Source: Candidatus Fimihabitans intestinipullorum
GTDB lineage: Bacteria > Bacillota_I > Bacilli_A > RF39 > UBA660
Length of the DNA: 64,000 bases
NCBI GenBank assembly: GCA_018714965.1
Contig: DVML01000012.1
Span: 20,830-84,829 of the forward strand
Reading direction: 5' to 3'
The translations under genes were made by a program, and so were the position numbers. Positions within the stretch are counted from its first letter, which is position 1. Every line of letters begins with the position of its first letter. The notes under the pieces were generated by a model. The model did not search any database and was not told the origin of the DNA. It saw nothing but the letters and a program-made list of their open reading frames with translations. Shown here piece after piece: positions 9,487 to 18,809 of the stretch.

Positions 9487-9490
9487 AACT

Positions 9491-9751
9491 ATGAAAGTAA
9501 AAAAGATACCGATGAGAACGTGTGTCGTCACACATGAAAAATTGCCAAAACAGGAACTGATTCGTGTTGTTCGTACACCAGAAGGAAATGTCGTAATCGA
9601 TACGACAGGTAGAACGAATGGACGAGGAGCATATTTAAAAAAAGATTTGAGTGTGTTTGAAAAAGCAAAAAAGTCAGGAGTGTTAAGTAGACATTTAGAA
9701 GTAAATGTCCCAGACGAAATATTTGAGTCGTTAAAAGATTTTGTAAAATAA
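9491..9751 (+). CDS. ylxR: YlxR/RnpM (DUF448) RNA-binding protein
   Basis: 'PMRTCVVTHEKLPKQELIRVV...GRGAYL' is the signature, and it sits in the conserved position between nusA and infB. Confidence 0.85.
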   Translation: MKVKKIPMRTCVVTHEKLPKQELIRVVRTPEGNVVIDTTGRTNGRGAYLKKDLSVFEKAKKSGVLSRHLEVNVPDEIFESLKDFVK

Positions 9752-9770
9752 AAAGAAAGAGGTGATATTT

Positions 9771-11894
9771 ATGATGAGTGTGCTAGAGTATGCAGAAGAT
9801 ATCAATAAAACAGTAGATGAAGTATTGAAAGCTTGTAAAGCACTCGGAATAGAGGTAGAGAATGAAGATGATTTACTGGATGAAGATGCGATCGTAGAAC
9901 TAGATAATACGATCAATTCAGAGATGGTAGAGGAAGACAAAACAGAGGAAGAAGCTTTAGAAGATCTCGTAGAAGATATTATCGAACAAGAGAAAATCGA
10001 GGTTGATAATACAATCAAGAAGCAAAAGCTAAAAAAGAGAGTAGATAAAAAGCCAGCATTCGCCGGAAGTAAAAAAGATTTAGCTAATAAGAGAAAACAA
10101 ATGTATAAACATAAAGAGAAGCTTGTTTCTAATACACCGGTAAACGATGATCATATTGTTTTCTACAAAGAAAATATGACGATTAAAGATTTAGCAGATG
10201 CATTACATGTACCAGCTGCAGAATTGATAAAAAAATTATTTGTTCTAGGCGTTATGTGTAATATTAATACACCTATTTCTTATGAAAATGCAGAGGTGCT
10301 TATCTTAGATTACGATAAGGAACTAAAAAGAGGAGAAACAGCGGATGTTACAAATTTTGAAGAGTTTGAAATTACAGATCGTGAAGAAGATTTAGTGGAA
10401 CGTGCTCCAGTTGTTACGATCATGGGACACGTCGATCATGGTAAGACAACTCTTTTGGATACGATACGTAAGACGAATGTCGCAGGTGGGGAAGCTGGTG
10501 GAATTACACAAGCAATTAGCGCCTACCAAGTAGAACATGAAGGAAAACCAATTACTTTTATCGATACACCAGGACATGCGGCTTTTACAGAAATGCGTGC
10601 ACGTGGAGCATCAATTACAGACATTATCATTATTATTATTGCAGCAGATGATGGTGTTATGCCACAGACAAAAGAAGCAATCGACCATGCGAAAGCAGCA
10701 GGAGTACCAATTATTGTCGCAATTAATAAAATGGATAAACCTGGTGCGAATCCAGAAAGAATTATGACTGAATTAACAGAATACGGACTTACACCAGAGG
10801 AATGGGGTGGAGATACTCTATATAATAAGATCATAGCATCTACAGGAGATGGAATCGGAGAATTATTAGATAATATTCTACTTGTTGCAGATATGCAAAA
10901 CTATCGTGCAAATCCAAGCCGATATGCAAGTGGAACGGTTGTAGAATCAAGATTAGATAAACATCTAGGACCTGTTGTTACGATGTTGATTCAAAATGGA
11001 ACACTTCGCTTAGGAGATCCAATTGTCGTTGGAACTGCGTATGGAAAGGTTCGTTCATTGAAAAATGATTCTGGTGTAGAAATTATGGAAGCTGGACCTT
11101 CTAAACCAGTAACGATTACAGGATTAAATGATGTCCCAAGTGCCGGAGATAAATTTATGGCATTTGAAACTGAAAAACAAGCTCGCAGTATCGGTGAACA
11201 ACGAAGAGAACAAGCGAAAACAAAATCTAGAAGTGAGAAGTCTGCGATGAGTTTAGATGATTTATTTTCAAAGATTCAAGAAGGAGTCAAAGAAATTAAT
11301 GTTATCATCAAAGCTGATGTCAACGGAAGTAGTGAAGCAGTTAAAAACTCTCTAGAAAAACTAGAAGTAGAAGATGTCCGTGTAAAAGTTATTCGCAGTA
11401 GTGTAGGATCTATTACGGAAAGTGATGTCGTCCTTGCTAAGGCAAGCAATGCGATTATTATTGGATTTAATGTTCGTCCAAGTAATGAGATTAAAGATTC
11501 TGCAAAAGAAAACGGCGTTGAAATTCGTCTTTACAATATCATCTATAAAGCTGTAGAAGAAATGGAAGCTGCTATGAAAGGGCTTTTGGAACCTGAATAT
11601 GAAGAAAAGGTAACAGGAACCGCTGAAGTCCGTCAATTGTTTAAATTCTCTAAAGTTGGAACGATTGCTGGATGTTATGTAAGCGACGGTGTTATCAAAA
11701 GAGAGGCAAAAGCTCGTATTATTCGCGATGGAATTGTAATTTACGATGGAAATATCAATTCTGTACAACGTGAAAAAGATTCTGTCCGTGAAGTAAAAAA
11801 AGGATTAGAATGTGGAATTACGATTGAAAACTATAGCGATATTAAAGTAGGAGACGTTATTGAGTGCTACGAAATGGTAGAAATAGAAAGATAA
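9771..11894 (+). CDS. infB: Translation initiation factor IF-2
   Basis: GTPase motifs 'GHVDHGKTTLLD', 'DTPGH' and 'NKMD', plus the conserved C-terminal domains. Start taken at ATG 9771, after AGAGGTGA. Confidence 0.95.
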   Translation: MMSVLEYAEDINKTVDEVLKACKALGIEVENEDDLLDEDAIVELDNTINSEMVEEDKTEEEALEDLVEDIIEQEKIEVDNTIKKQKLKKRVDKKPAFAGSKKDLANKRKQMYKHKEKLVSNTPVNDDHIVFYKENMTIKDLADALHVPAAELIKKLFVLGVMCNINTPISYENAEVLILDYDKELKRGETADVTNFEEFEITDREEDLVERAPVVTIMGHVDHGKTTLLDTIRKTNVAGGEAGGITQAISAYQVEHEGKPITFIDTPGHAAFTEMRARGASITDIIIIIIAADDGVMPQTKEAIDHAKAAGVPIIVAINKMDKPGANPERIMTELTEYGLTPEEWGGDTLYNKIIASTGDGIGELLDNILLVADMQNYRANPSRYASGTVVESRLDKHLGPVVTMLIQNGTLRLGDPIVVGTAYGKVRSLKNDSGVEIMEAGPSKPVTITGLNDVPSAGDKFMAFETEKQARSIGEQRREQAKTKSRSEKSAMSLDDLFSKIQEGVKEINVIIKADVNGSSEAVKNSLEKLEVEDVRVKVIRSSVGSITESDVVLAKASNAIIIGFNVRPSNEIKDSAKENGVEIRLYNIIYKAVEEMEAAMKGLLEPEYEEKVTGTAEVRQLFKFSKVGTIAGCYVSDGVIKREAKARIIRDGIVIYDGNINSVQREKDSVREVKKGLECGITIENYSDIKVGDVIECYEMVEIER

Positions 11895-11954
11895 CTATAT
11901 GACTTCATATAGTTTTTTTCTTTTCATCATGATATAATAAAATAGGTGATAAAA

Positions 11955-12302
11955 ATGAGTGTAAAAATAGAACGAATAGCAAGCATGCTAGAAAAAGAAA
12001 TTAGTTACATTTTAATGACGGAGGTAAAAGATCCAGATATTAAGTTTGTAACAGTCACAAATGTCAAATTAGCAAGTGATTTAGGATATGCGAAAGTTTA
12101 CGTAACGGTATTAGATCAAAATAAAAAAGATGAAACGTTACGATCTTTAAAAGCGGCGCGGGGATTTATCCGTAGAGAGCTTGCAAATCGTGTAGAGATC
12201 AGACATATTCCAGAACTTGATTTTGTCTATGATGAATCAATTGAGTATGGAAAGAAAATAGAAGATATTATCGAAGAAATTCATAAAGATGAGAAAGAAT
12301 AA
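11955..12302 (+). CDS. rbfA: Ribosome-binding factor A
   Basis: 'RIASMLEKEISYIL...VTVTNVKLASDLGYAKVYV...RHIPELDFVYDES' is typical RbfA. It follows infB. Confidence 0.9.
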   Translation: MSVKIERIASMLEKEISYILMTEVKDPDIKFVTVTNVKLASDLGYAKVYVTVLDQNKKDETLRSLKAARGFIRRELANRVEIRHIPELDFVYDESIEYGKKIEDIIEEIHKDEKE

Positions 12303-12325
12303 GAGTGCAAAAAAGCACTCTTTTC
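12301..12325 (+). terminator. Rho-independent terminator of the nusA-infB-rbfA operon
   Basis: aagagtgc-aaaaaa-gcactctt hairpin followed by Ts. Confidence 0.8.
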
Positions 12326-12381
12326 TATTGACTTTATTTCAATCATTCTGTATGATATATTCTTTGCGGAAGGAGAATATT

Positions 12382-12843
12382 ATGGGAGTTTGTTTATTAG
12401 GATATAAAGGAAAAGATTTAGAAAAAGTAAAAGATTGGGATGGATTCGTGAGTCCTGATGGTGAGTTTTTAAAGGTGACAGAAAGAGGAAATATGGAAGC
12501 AGTTCATGATGAATTTGCAGAGATTTATGCACTGAATAAATTAAATAAAAATTTGGATAAAGAATATGAAAGAATTCAACAAAATAATCCTAACTATCGT
12601 TCAATTTGCCTTGGTTATAAAGATATTCTGATCCATTGTTTAGGATATGTCAATATGGAAAGACTTAGCGATCATTTGTTAATAGAAGTACCTGATCCAA
12701 GTATCAATGGGTATAAAGTAACAGATGCACAATTTGATACACTCGCACGTCTTGTAAGGATAAATGGTGATGATGAGAGAGACTTAATGCAGGTTTTTAA
12801 ATATGAGCGAAAGATGGGAGAAGGGTATCAATATAGAAGATAA
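12382..12843 (+). CDS. Hypothetical cytoplasmic protein
   Basis: AAGGAGAA upstream of the ATG at 12382. The longer ORF from 12289 would cross the rbfA terminator. No family recognised. Confidence 0.5.
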   Translation: MGVCLLGYKGKDLEKVKDWDGFVSPDGEFLKVTERGNMEAVHDEFAEIYALNKLNKNLDKEYERIQQNNPNYRSICLGYKDILIHCLGYVNMERLSDHLLIEVPDPSINGYKVTDAQFDTLARLVRINGDDERDLMQVFKYERKMGEGYQYRR

Positions 12844-12882
12844 TCATTTGCAATATCGTGCGTATTTGAATCATATGATATA

Positions 12883-12910
12883 TTGACAACTTAATAGAGT
12901 ATGTTATAAT
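12883..12910 (+). promoter_or_regulatory. Sigma-A-type promoter of the T-box leader
   Basis: TTGACA (12883-12888), 16 nt, then TGtTATAAT (-10 at 12905-12910). Confidence 0.6.
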
Positions 12911-12914
12911 AGAT

Positions 12915-13122
12915 TTATCATTTCACTGAGAAGAATATTAGTAGCGATCTGATTGGTAATGAGAAAGTAAGTGGTTGATGAAAACTTACCAAGATCAGAA
13001 AGTGAATTACCTATTTGGAGTGAAATCGTGTCTTCGCGTTAAGAAAAGAGAGCATAAAGTTATTTATGAAGTAAGGTGGTACCGCGAGCAATCGTCCTTA
13101 CATCATAGATAGCTTTTTTTAT
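12915..13122 (+). promoter_or_regulatory. T-box leader (tRNA-sensing riboswitch) upstream of deoC-tyrS
   Basis: Conserved T-box sequence 'AAGGTGGTACCGCG' at about 13073-13086. Stem I is closed by tttcact.../...agtgaaa. A loop sequence 'GAAUUACCU' contains UAC (Tyr). A roughly 20-bp terminator helix (aagttatttatgaagtaagg, 13058-13077, with ccttacatcatagatagctt, 13096-13115) is followed by T7. Confidence 0.8.
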
Positions 13123-13140
13123 TTAGAAAGAGGGAGAATT

Positions 13141-13803
13141 ATGGAATTAGGAAGTTATATTGATCATACAAAGTTAGGTTTTACTGTGACAACTAAACAA
13201 GTGGAAAAATTGTGCGAGGAAGCACGTGAATATCATTTTGCAAGTGTTTGTGTTCCTCCTTGTTATGTACCAGTAGCAAAACAAACTTTAAAAGATTGCA
13301 GTGTTGCTGTTTGTACTGTCGTAGGATTTCCACATGGGAATCAACTTACAGACACTAAAGTGTTTGAAGCGAAGAAAGCAATCGAGATGGGTGCCGATGA
13401 AATAGATATGGTCATGAATATAGGTGCCTTAAAAGAGCAAAGTTACGATTATATTATCGAAGAGTTAAACCAAGTGAGAGATGCATGTGGTGGACATATT
13501 TTAAAAGTTATTATCGAAACAAGTGTATTATCAGATGATGAGATTCGAGAAGCTACAAAATTGTGTAATTTATGTTTTATTCATTTTGTAAAGACTTGTA
13601 CTGGTTTTGGAACGAGAGGTGTGTTACCACAGGATTTAGATATCATCAACGAGGAAAAAAACGAAGTGCTAGAAGTCAAAGCTAGTGGTGGGATTGCAAC
13701 TTACGAAGATGCAGTTTTAATGATTGAACATGGTGCGACACGCATTGGAACGAGCCATGGAGTGGAAATTATGAAAGGAGAAGCGGAAAATGAAATTATA
13801 TGA
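13141..13803 (+). CDS. deoC: Deoxyribose-phosphate aldolase
   Basis: 'IDHTKL', 'ASVCVPP', 'IDMVMNIG', the Schiff-base lysine context 'FVKTCTGFG', and 'VKASGGI'. Confidence 0.9.
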   Translation: MELGSYIDHTKLGFTVTTKQVEKLCEEAREYHFASVCVPPCYVPVAKQTLKDCSVAVCTVVGFPHGNQLTDTKVFEAKKAIEMGADEIDMVMNIGALKEQSYDYIIEELNQVRDACGGHILKVIIETSVLSDDEIREATKLCNLCFIHFVKTCTGFGTRGVLPQDLDIINEEKNEVLEVKASGGIATYEDAVLMIEHGATRIGTSHGVEIMKGEAENEII

Positions 13804-15022
13804 TGAATTGAAGTGGAGAGGATTAATTAAGGATGTCGCTGGAGAGGATATCGAAAAGAAGTTAAATGAAGAAAAGATTACTTTTTATTGGGGAACTGAT
13901 CCAACGGCAGATAGTTTACATATAGGTCATTATTCTTCTTTGATTACGGCTAAGAGATTGGCAAATGCTGGGCATCATCCTATTTTACTTGTCGGTGGAG
14001 CAACAGGGTTAATTGGTGATCCTCGTCCAACTGCAGAAAGAGAAGTTATTTCAGTCGAGGCAGTACAGAAAAATTTGGAAGGTATTCGTGCTCAAATTGA
14101 TCGTATTTTTGAAGGTCGTGCAGAAGTAGTCAATAACTACGATTGGATTAAAAAATTTGATTTTATTACATTCTTAAGAGATGTAGGAAAGTATATTAAT
14201 GTTAATTATATGCTCTCAAAAGATATTATTTCACGCAGATTGGAAACAGGAATTACGTTTGCTGAATTCAGTTATACATTGATTCAAGGATACGATTTTT
14301 TGCATTTATTTGAAACTAAAAATTGTATCATGCAAGCAGAAGGATCTGATCAATGGGGAAATATTACAACAGGTCTTGACTTAATTAAGAAAAAGACAGG
14401 AAAAGATGCATATGCATTTACAATGCCACTCGTATTAGATGCGAATGGAAATAAGTTTGGAAAATCTGAAGGAAATGCATTGTGGTTAGATATTCATAAA
14501 ACATCTGGATATGAACTATATCAATACTTAATCAATAGCGATGATAAGATGGTAGAAAGCTACCTAAAAATATTTACCTTCTTAACTCCAGAAGAAATCA
14601 TGGATGTTATGAAACAGCATGAAGAGGCTCCGGAAAAGCGAATCGCACAGAAAACATTGGCATATGAATTTATTAAAGATCTACATGGAAAAGAAGAAGC
14701 GGATAAAGCAGTACGTATTAGTGAGGCGTTATTTAGTGGAAATGTCGGAGCTTTATCTGGTGGTGAAATTGAAGATGGATTTAAATCGGTACCTAATTTT
14801 ACGATTGAGGAAAAAGAAGAAAACATCGTTGATTTTCTCGTACATTACGGGATAGCGAGTTCAAAACGTGAAGCGAGAGAGTTTGTAACGAATCGTTCTA
14901 TTTCTATCAATGGAGAAAAGATTGACGACTTGAATTTTACGATTACGGAAAAACATGCAATCGATGGTAAATTTATTATTGTGCGTCGTGGAAAAAAGAA
15001 ATATCATTTAGGTCGTTTCTAA
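13790..15022 (+). CDS. tyrS: Tyrosine--tRNA ligase
   Basis: Class I motifs 'SLHIGHY' (HIGH) and 'KFGKSEG' (KMSKS-like), plus a C-terminal S4-like domain. Its start overlaps the end of deoC. Confidence 0.95.
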   Translation: MKLYDELKWRGLIKDVAGEDIEKKLNEEKITFYWGTDPTADSLHIGHYSSLITAKRLANAGHHPILLVGGATGLIGDPRPTAEREVISVEAVQKNLEGIRAQIDRIFEGRAEVVNNYDWIKKFDFITFLRDVGKYINVNYMLSKDIISRRLETGITFAEFSYTLIQGYDFLHLFETKNCIMQAEGSDQWGNITTGLDLIKKKTGKDAYAFTMPLVLDANGNKFGKSEGNALWLDIHKTSGYELYQYLINSDDKMVESYLKIFTFLTPEEIMDVMKQHEEAPEKRIAQKTLAYEFIKDLHGKEEADKAVRISEALFSGNVGALSGGEIEDGFKSVPNFTIEEKEENIVDFLVHYGIASSKREAREFVTNRSISINGEKIDDLNFTITEKHAIDGKFIIVRRGKKKYHLGRF

Positions 15023-15024
15023 AT

Positions 15025-15054
15025 AAAAAACAACATCAATTAGATGTTGTTTTG
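15025..15054. terminator. Bidirectional terminator between tyrS and the convergent gene
   Basis: acaacatc-aatta-gatgttgt hairpin flanked by an A-run and a T-run. Confidence 0.75.
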
Positions 15055-15921
15055 CTTTTCTGAAATTTGACGAAAATTAGCAAGCGAATTTTGGCGCTTA
15101 TTTAAAATTTTTAGCGTATAATTTTTTATTGGATTGGCAAATTGTATGTTATATTTTCGTTCGATGTGTTCGAGGAATGTATCGAATGGTATTTTCATAA
15201 GTTGGTCGAGAGATTCTTTTAAATAGGGAAAACTCTCTTCAAAAACAGGAAGTTCAGAGTCCAAAAATTGTTGGTTAAAAAATGGTGTTTGATGAATATA
15301 ATTTTGAGTTGCATCAAATCGATCTAATCCTCCTAGAGAGAGCTCGTAGTCTAGTAGAAAGGAGAGGGTTAAATCGTTTTGTTTTTCATAGTAACTATTC
15401 CCATCAAAGTCATGGTCTAACTGAACTGTAAAGATATCAATTGCAATCATAGCTGCGATTTGTTTTTGAAATTTTATCATCGCCTCTTTCGAATGGAACA
15501 TAGGAGCAATTGCCGCTATAAAATCTTCATAACAACTGAACTTTTTGATTGCGTGAAAATAATCCATACGAATGATGTTTAAATCTTCAAGTGTATAATA
15601 TCTTTCACGAGGCTTCATTTTATTTTTTGAAGCGAGTACTAATCTTTTTTTAGGTATGATAGGATCCGGAATTACTTGGTATGTTACAGTCGGAATATTT
15701 AAAAAGAGTGCAAGTTCTGATCCGATGAGTTCAGCAATGAGTCTTTGCATGTCATCAAAACTTTTTAAAAAATACCAGCTTTTTTCTCCTTGTTCATAGT
15801 GCCATTGTGCACGATATGCTTCTTTAATATAAGGAAATTCTTCCAAACTGATAATTTTATCGTTCCATTTAAAATTTTTAAATTTTTTGATTTCTATTTG
15901 ACCTTGATAATATTTTGCCAT
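15040..15921 (-). CDS. Hypothetical protein (293 aa)
   Basis: Long ORF with AGGGGAAG upstream of the ATG. No confident family assignment. Confidence 0.5.
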   Translation of the reverse strand: MAKYYQGQIEIKKFKNFKWNDKIISLEEFPYIKEAYRAQWHYEQGEKSWYFLKSFDDMQRLIAELIGSELALFLNIPTVTYQVIPDPIIPKKRLVLASKNKMKPRERYYTLEDLNIIRMDYFHAIKKFSCYEDFIAAIAPMFHSKEAMIKFQKQIAAMIAIDIFTVQLDHDFDGNSYYEKQNDLTLSFLLDYELSLGGLDRFDATQNYIHQTPFFNQQFLDSELPVFEESFPYLKESLDQLMKIPFDTFLEHIERKYNIQFANPIKNYTLKILNKRQNSLANFRQISEKQNNI

Positions 15922-15942
15922 GCTATCTTCCCCTTTAATATG

Positions 15943-15970
15943 AAAAAAAGTTCATTGCTGAACTTTTTTT
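15943..15970. terminator. Terminator downstream of rpsD (palindromic; could act on either strand)
   Basis: aaaaaaagttca-ttgc-tgaacttttttt. Confidence 0.75.
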
Positions 15971-15971
15971 A

Positions 15972-16574
15972 TTATCTGTTGTAGAATTCAACAATTAAAG
16001 CTTCATCGATTTCTTGATTCAATTCGCTTCTTTCAGGTAATCTTACAAAAGTACCTTCCATTTTACTTTCGTCGTAAGTAACGAATTCAACACGTTTGTT
16101 AGTAGCTTCTAATGCTGCTTTTACAGCAGGATGTTCTTTTGATTTTTCTTTTAAACCAATGACGTCACCAGGTTTACATCTGTAAGATGGAATATCTACT
16201 TTCTTTCCATTTACAGTAACATGTCCGTGGTTTACTAATTGTCTTGCACCATTTCTTGTTGTAGCGAATCCGATACGATAAACTAAGTTATCTAATCTGC
16301 TCTCTAGTAATTTGAAGAAATCCTCGCCGTGAACTCCTTTCATTTTACCAGCTTCGTTGAATGTTTTCTTGAATTGTTTTTCACTTAAACCATACATAAA
16401 TCTAAGTTTTTGTTTTTCTTGAAGTTGTTCTCCGTAGTTAGACAATTTTTTCTTTCTTGATTGTCCGTGTTGACCTGGTGCATAAGGTCTTTTTGCTAAT
16501 TCTTTTCCAGTTTCAGAAGTAGAGAATCCTAAACGACGTGCTCTTCTGTATTCTGGTCCTGTGTACTTTGACAT
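15972..16574 (-). CDS. rpsD: 30S ribosomal protein S4
   Basis: '[15 protein letters not shown]...RPYAPGQHG...[18 protein letters not shown]' is unmistakable. Start taken at 'MSKYTG' with GGAGGA upstream. Confidence 0.95.
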   Translation of the reverse strand: MSKYTGPEYRRARRLGFSTSETGKELAKRPYAPGQHGQSRKKKLSNYGEQLQEKQKLRFMYGLSEKQFKKTFNEAGKMKGVHGEDFFKLLESRLDNLVYRIGFATTRNGARQLVNHGHVTVNGKKVDIPSYRCKPGDVIGLKEKSKEHPAVKAALEATNKRVEFVTYDESKMEGTFVRLPERSELNQEIDEALIVEFYNR

Positions 16575-16772
16575 TTTCTTTCCTCCAATCATTTCTAGCA
16601 AATCATCCGAGGACACTTTGTCATATGATAGGGTGTTTGTCTTAATATCTTCGCTTTGCAGCTAAAGTTACTAGTAAACCTATGTAGGGATCAAACACGT
16701 TATCTTATTCAAAGCGTGCTGCTTAGATGCATTCGCATTCAATATTATATTATGAAACATATTGTAAGTCAA
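16575..16772 (-). promoter_or_regulatory. rpsD promoter and long (about 160 nt) 5' leader; candidate S4 autoregulatory leader
   Basis: On the minus strand, TTGACT (16772-16767), 17 nt, then TATAAT (16749-16744). The unusually long untranslated leader is consistent with S4 translational autoregulation as described for Bacillus rpsD. I did not verify the structure. Confidence 0.45.
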
Positions 16773-16870
16773 GAACGAAATACGCCAAATCATAAATTAT
16801 GACAAAAAGTTTACAAAAAGGTGCAAAAAAAGTCGAAGATGTGGTAGAATTATAATAGCGAGGTGAAAGT

Positions 16871-18589
16871 ATGAATAGCGTCTTTTTAATTCTTATTACA
16901 GTTTATCTTTCAGCAATCATACTTATAGTACTTGTATTGAATATTTTACAAAGTCGTAAGAATAAAAAAATCAAAAATATTTTAAATCATTTGGAAGTAG
17001 AAAAAAACGTTATTGATTCAACTCCAATCATGCCGGAGTTATCTAAAATAGAGTCATTTTTAAAAAATGATAAATTAGAACAGATGTACCATGAATGGAA
17101 AGATCGTTTAGATATTATTAAGGGAGAACAAATTCCTAAGATCACAGATATGCTATTAGAAGCTGATTATTCTCTATCTCAAATGGACTATAAGACAACG
17201 ATGTACAAAGTAGCAAAATTAGAGATGGAAATATATAAAGTAAGAGCAAATGCAGAACATTTATTAGGCGAAATCAAAGAGATTACAACGAGTGAAGAGA
17301 GAAACCGCGCAATTATTACAAAGTTAAAAACGAAATATCGCGAGTTGTTTCAAAAGTTTACATCGACGAAACCAGAATATGGAGCAATTGCAGATTCTGT
17401 ATCATTACAGTTTGAAAATATTGCAAAACGCTTTGAAGATTTCGAACGTGTGATGGAGAGTAACGATTACACGGAAGTGACAAAAATTATTCAGGCAATC
17501 GACGAAATGTTAAAGCATATGGAGATCGTCGTAGAAGAGGTTCCAAGTATCGTATTAATGGCAGTTGATATTTTGCCAAAGAAAATTGCCGATACGACAA
17601 AAATTTACGATGCTATGGTAAAAGAAGGATATCCATTAGACTATTTAAATGTAGAATACAATGTGGAAGAAGCAAACAAGAAGATCAATGATATTTTAGA
17701 TCGAGCTAAAGTGTTAAATTTAGAAGATAGTTTGTTTGAATTAAAAGTACTTGTCGATTATTTTGATTCTCTATATGGTGATTTTGAAAAAGAAAAGAAT
17801 GTACGTCATTTATACGAAGAGACGAACCGAGCATTTAAATCGAAATTAGATAAATTGAATCTATTAATTTCTGATATTTTTTCGCAGATGGATGAGATTA
17901 AAAATGCTTATAGTTTATCACCAGAAGATATCGAGTTATTAAATTCTGTACGTACGGATTTAGATACATTAAACAAAGATTATAAAGTGTTAACTGATCA
18001 TACTGGAAACAACACGTTCGCTTATTCTAAACTTACGAAAGAAATAGAGGCGTTAGTAGTACGTTTGACAGAACTTCAAGATCGATTAGATAATACTTTA
18101 GATTCTATTGGAAGTATGAAGGAAGACGAAATTCGTGCTCGTCAGCAATTAGAGGAAATTAAATTGATTTTGAAAGATTCAAAATCAAAATTGAGAGATT
18201 ACAATCTACCATATATTCCAAAATCTTATTTTATCGAATTATCAGAAGCACAAGATGCAATTAAAGAAATCGTAAGAGAATTGGAGAAAAAGCCTATTAC
18301 GATTAGTACATTGAATACGCGTGTAGATACCGCTCGAGATTTAGCACTAAAATTATTTAGTAGTACAAAAGAAATGATGAAAACTGCTATGTTTGCCGAG
18401 ATGGCGATCGTGTATGGAAATAGATATCGTACATCTGTAGAAGATTTAGATAAAAACTTAACATATTCAGAGGTTCTTTTCTATAAAGGTGAATATCAGA
18501 AGTCTTTGGAGTTAAGTATCAATGCACTGAATCGTATCGAACCTGGAATTTACGATAAACTACTTAACTTTTATGCCGATGAAAAGTAA
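16871..18589 (+). CDS. ezrA: Septation ring formation regulator EzrA
   Basis: 572 aa, a single N-terminal TM helix followed by extended coiled-coil repeats. Its size, architecture and position next to thiI are typical of Firmicutes EzrA. Confidence 0.8.
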   Translation: MNSVFLILITVYLSAIILIVLVLNILQSRKNKKIKNILNHLEVEKNVIDSTPIMPELSKIESFLKNDKLEQMYHEWKDRLDIIKGEQIPKITDMLLEADYSLSQMDYKTTMYKVAKLEMEIYKVRANAEHLLGEIKEITTSEERNRAIITKLKTKYRELFQKFTSTKPEYGAIADSVSLQFENIAKRFEDFERVMESNDYTEVTKIIQAIDEMLKHMEIVVEEVPSIVLMAVDILPKKIADTTKIYDAMVKEGYPLDYLNVEYNVEEANKKINDILDRAKVLNLEDSLFELKVLVDYFDSLYGDFEKEKNVRHLYEETNRAFKSKLDKLNLLISDIFSQMDEIKNAYSLSPEDIELLNSVRTDLDTLNKDYKVLTDHTGNNTFAYSKLTKEIEALVVRLTELQDRLDNTLDSIGSMKEDEIRARQQLEEIKLILKDSKSKLRDYNLPYIPKSYFIELSEAQDAIKEIVRELEKKPITISTLNTRVDTARDLALKLFSSTKEMMKTAMFAEMAIVYGNRYRTSVEDLDKNLTYSEVLFYKGEYQKSLELSINALNRIEPGIYDKLLNFYADEK

Positions 18590-18614
18590 TGCTTGCATTA
18601 CTTTTTCTTTTTTG
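18585..18614 (+). terminator. Rho-independent terminator
   Basis: agtaat-gcttgc-attact hairpin followed by tttttcttttttt. Confidence 0.7.
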
Positions 18615-18637
18615 GAGATACTATAAATGGTGATAGT

Positions 18638-18769
18638 ATGAAAAATATTTCTAAAATGAAGCAAATGTTTCCGCGTGTGACTTCGGTGGAGGAATTAGAT
18701 AGACAATTAGAAGAAATTGCAAAGCATCAAGAATTTATTACAAACGTTTTGAAAGAAATAGAAAAGTAG
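18638..18769 (+). CDS. Possible small protein (43 aa)
   Basis: ATG preceded by GGTGA. Translation is MKNISKMKQMFPRVTSVEELDRQLEEIAKHQEFITNVLKEIEK. It is below the length cut-off of the ORF track. Its initiation region closely resembles that of the micro-ORF at 21961. Confidence 0.25.
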   Translation: MKNISKMKQMFPRVTSVEELDRQLEEIAKHQEFITNVLKEIEK

Positions 18770-18809
18770 TAAATTTCATGATATAATGGCATAGAAACGA
18801 GGGAGTTCT

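Noticed and set aside
9731-10018. 95-aa Ser-rich ORF on the minus strand at the start of infB.
   Set aside because: It is the antisense shadow of the Glu/Asp-rich N-terminal region of IF-2 (GAA/GAT repeats read as TTC/ATC). It has no RBS and lies entirely inside a high-confidence gene.
10392-11768. Several minus-strand and off-frame ORFs inside infB (10392-10577, 10523-10834, 10537-10767, 11361-11768).
   Set aside because: All are embedded in the conserved IF-2 GTPase and C-terminal domains. Their composition is low-complexity or hydrophobic, typical of shadow frames in AT-rich DNA.
15040-15921. Possible HipA/APH-like kinase motif ('QLDHDFDGN') in the 293-aa orphan.
   Set aside because: The residue spacing fits neither HxDxxxxN (APH/protein-kinase-like) nor the HipA catalytic loop pattern, so no functional call is made.
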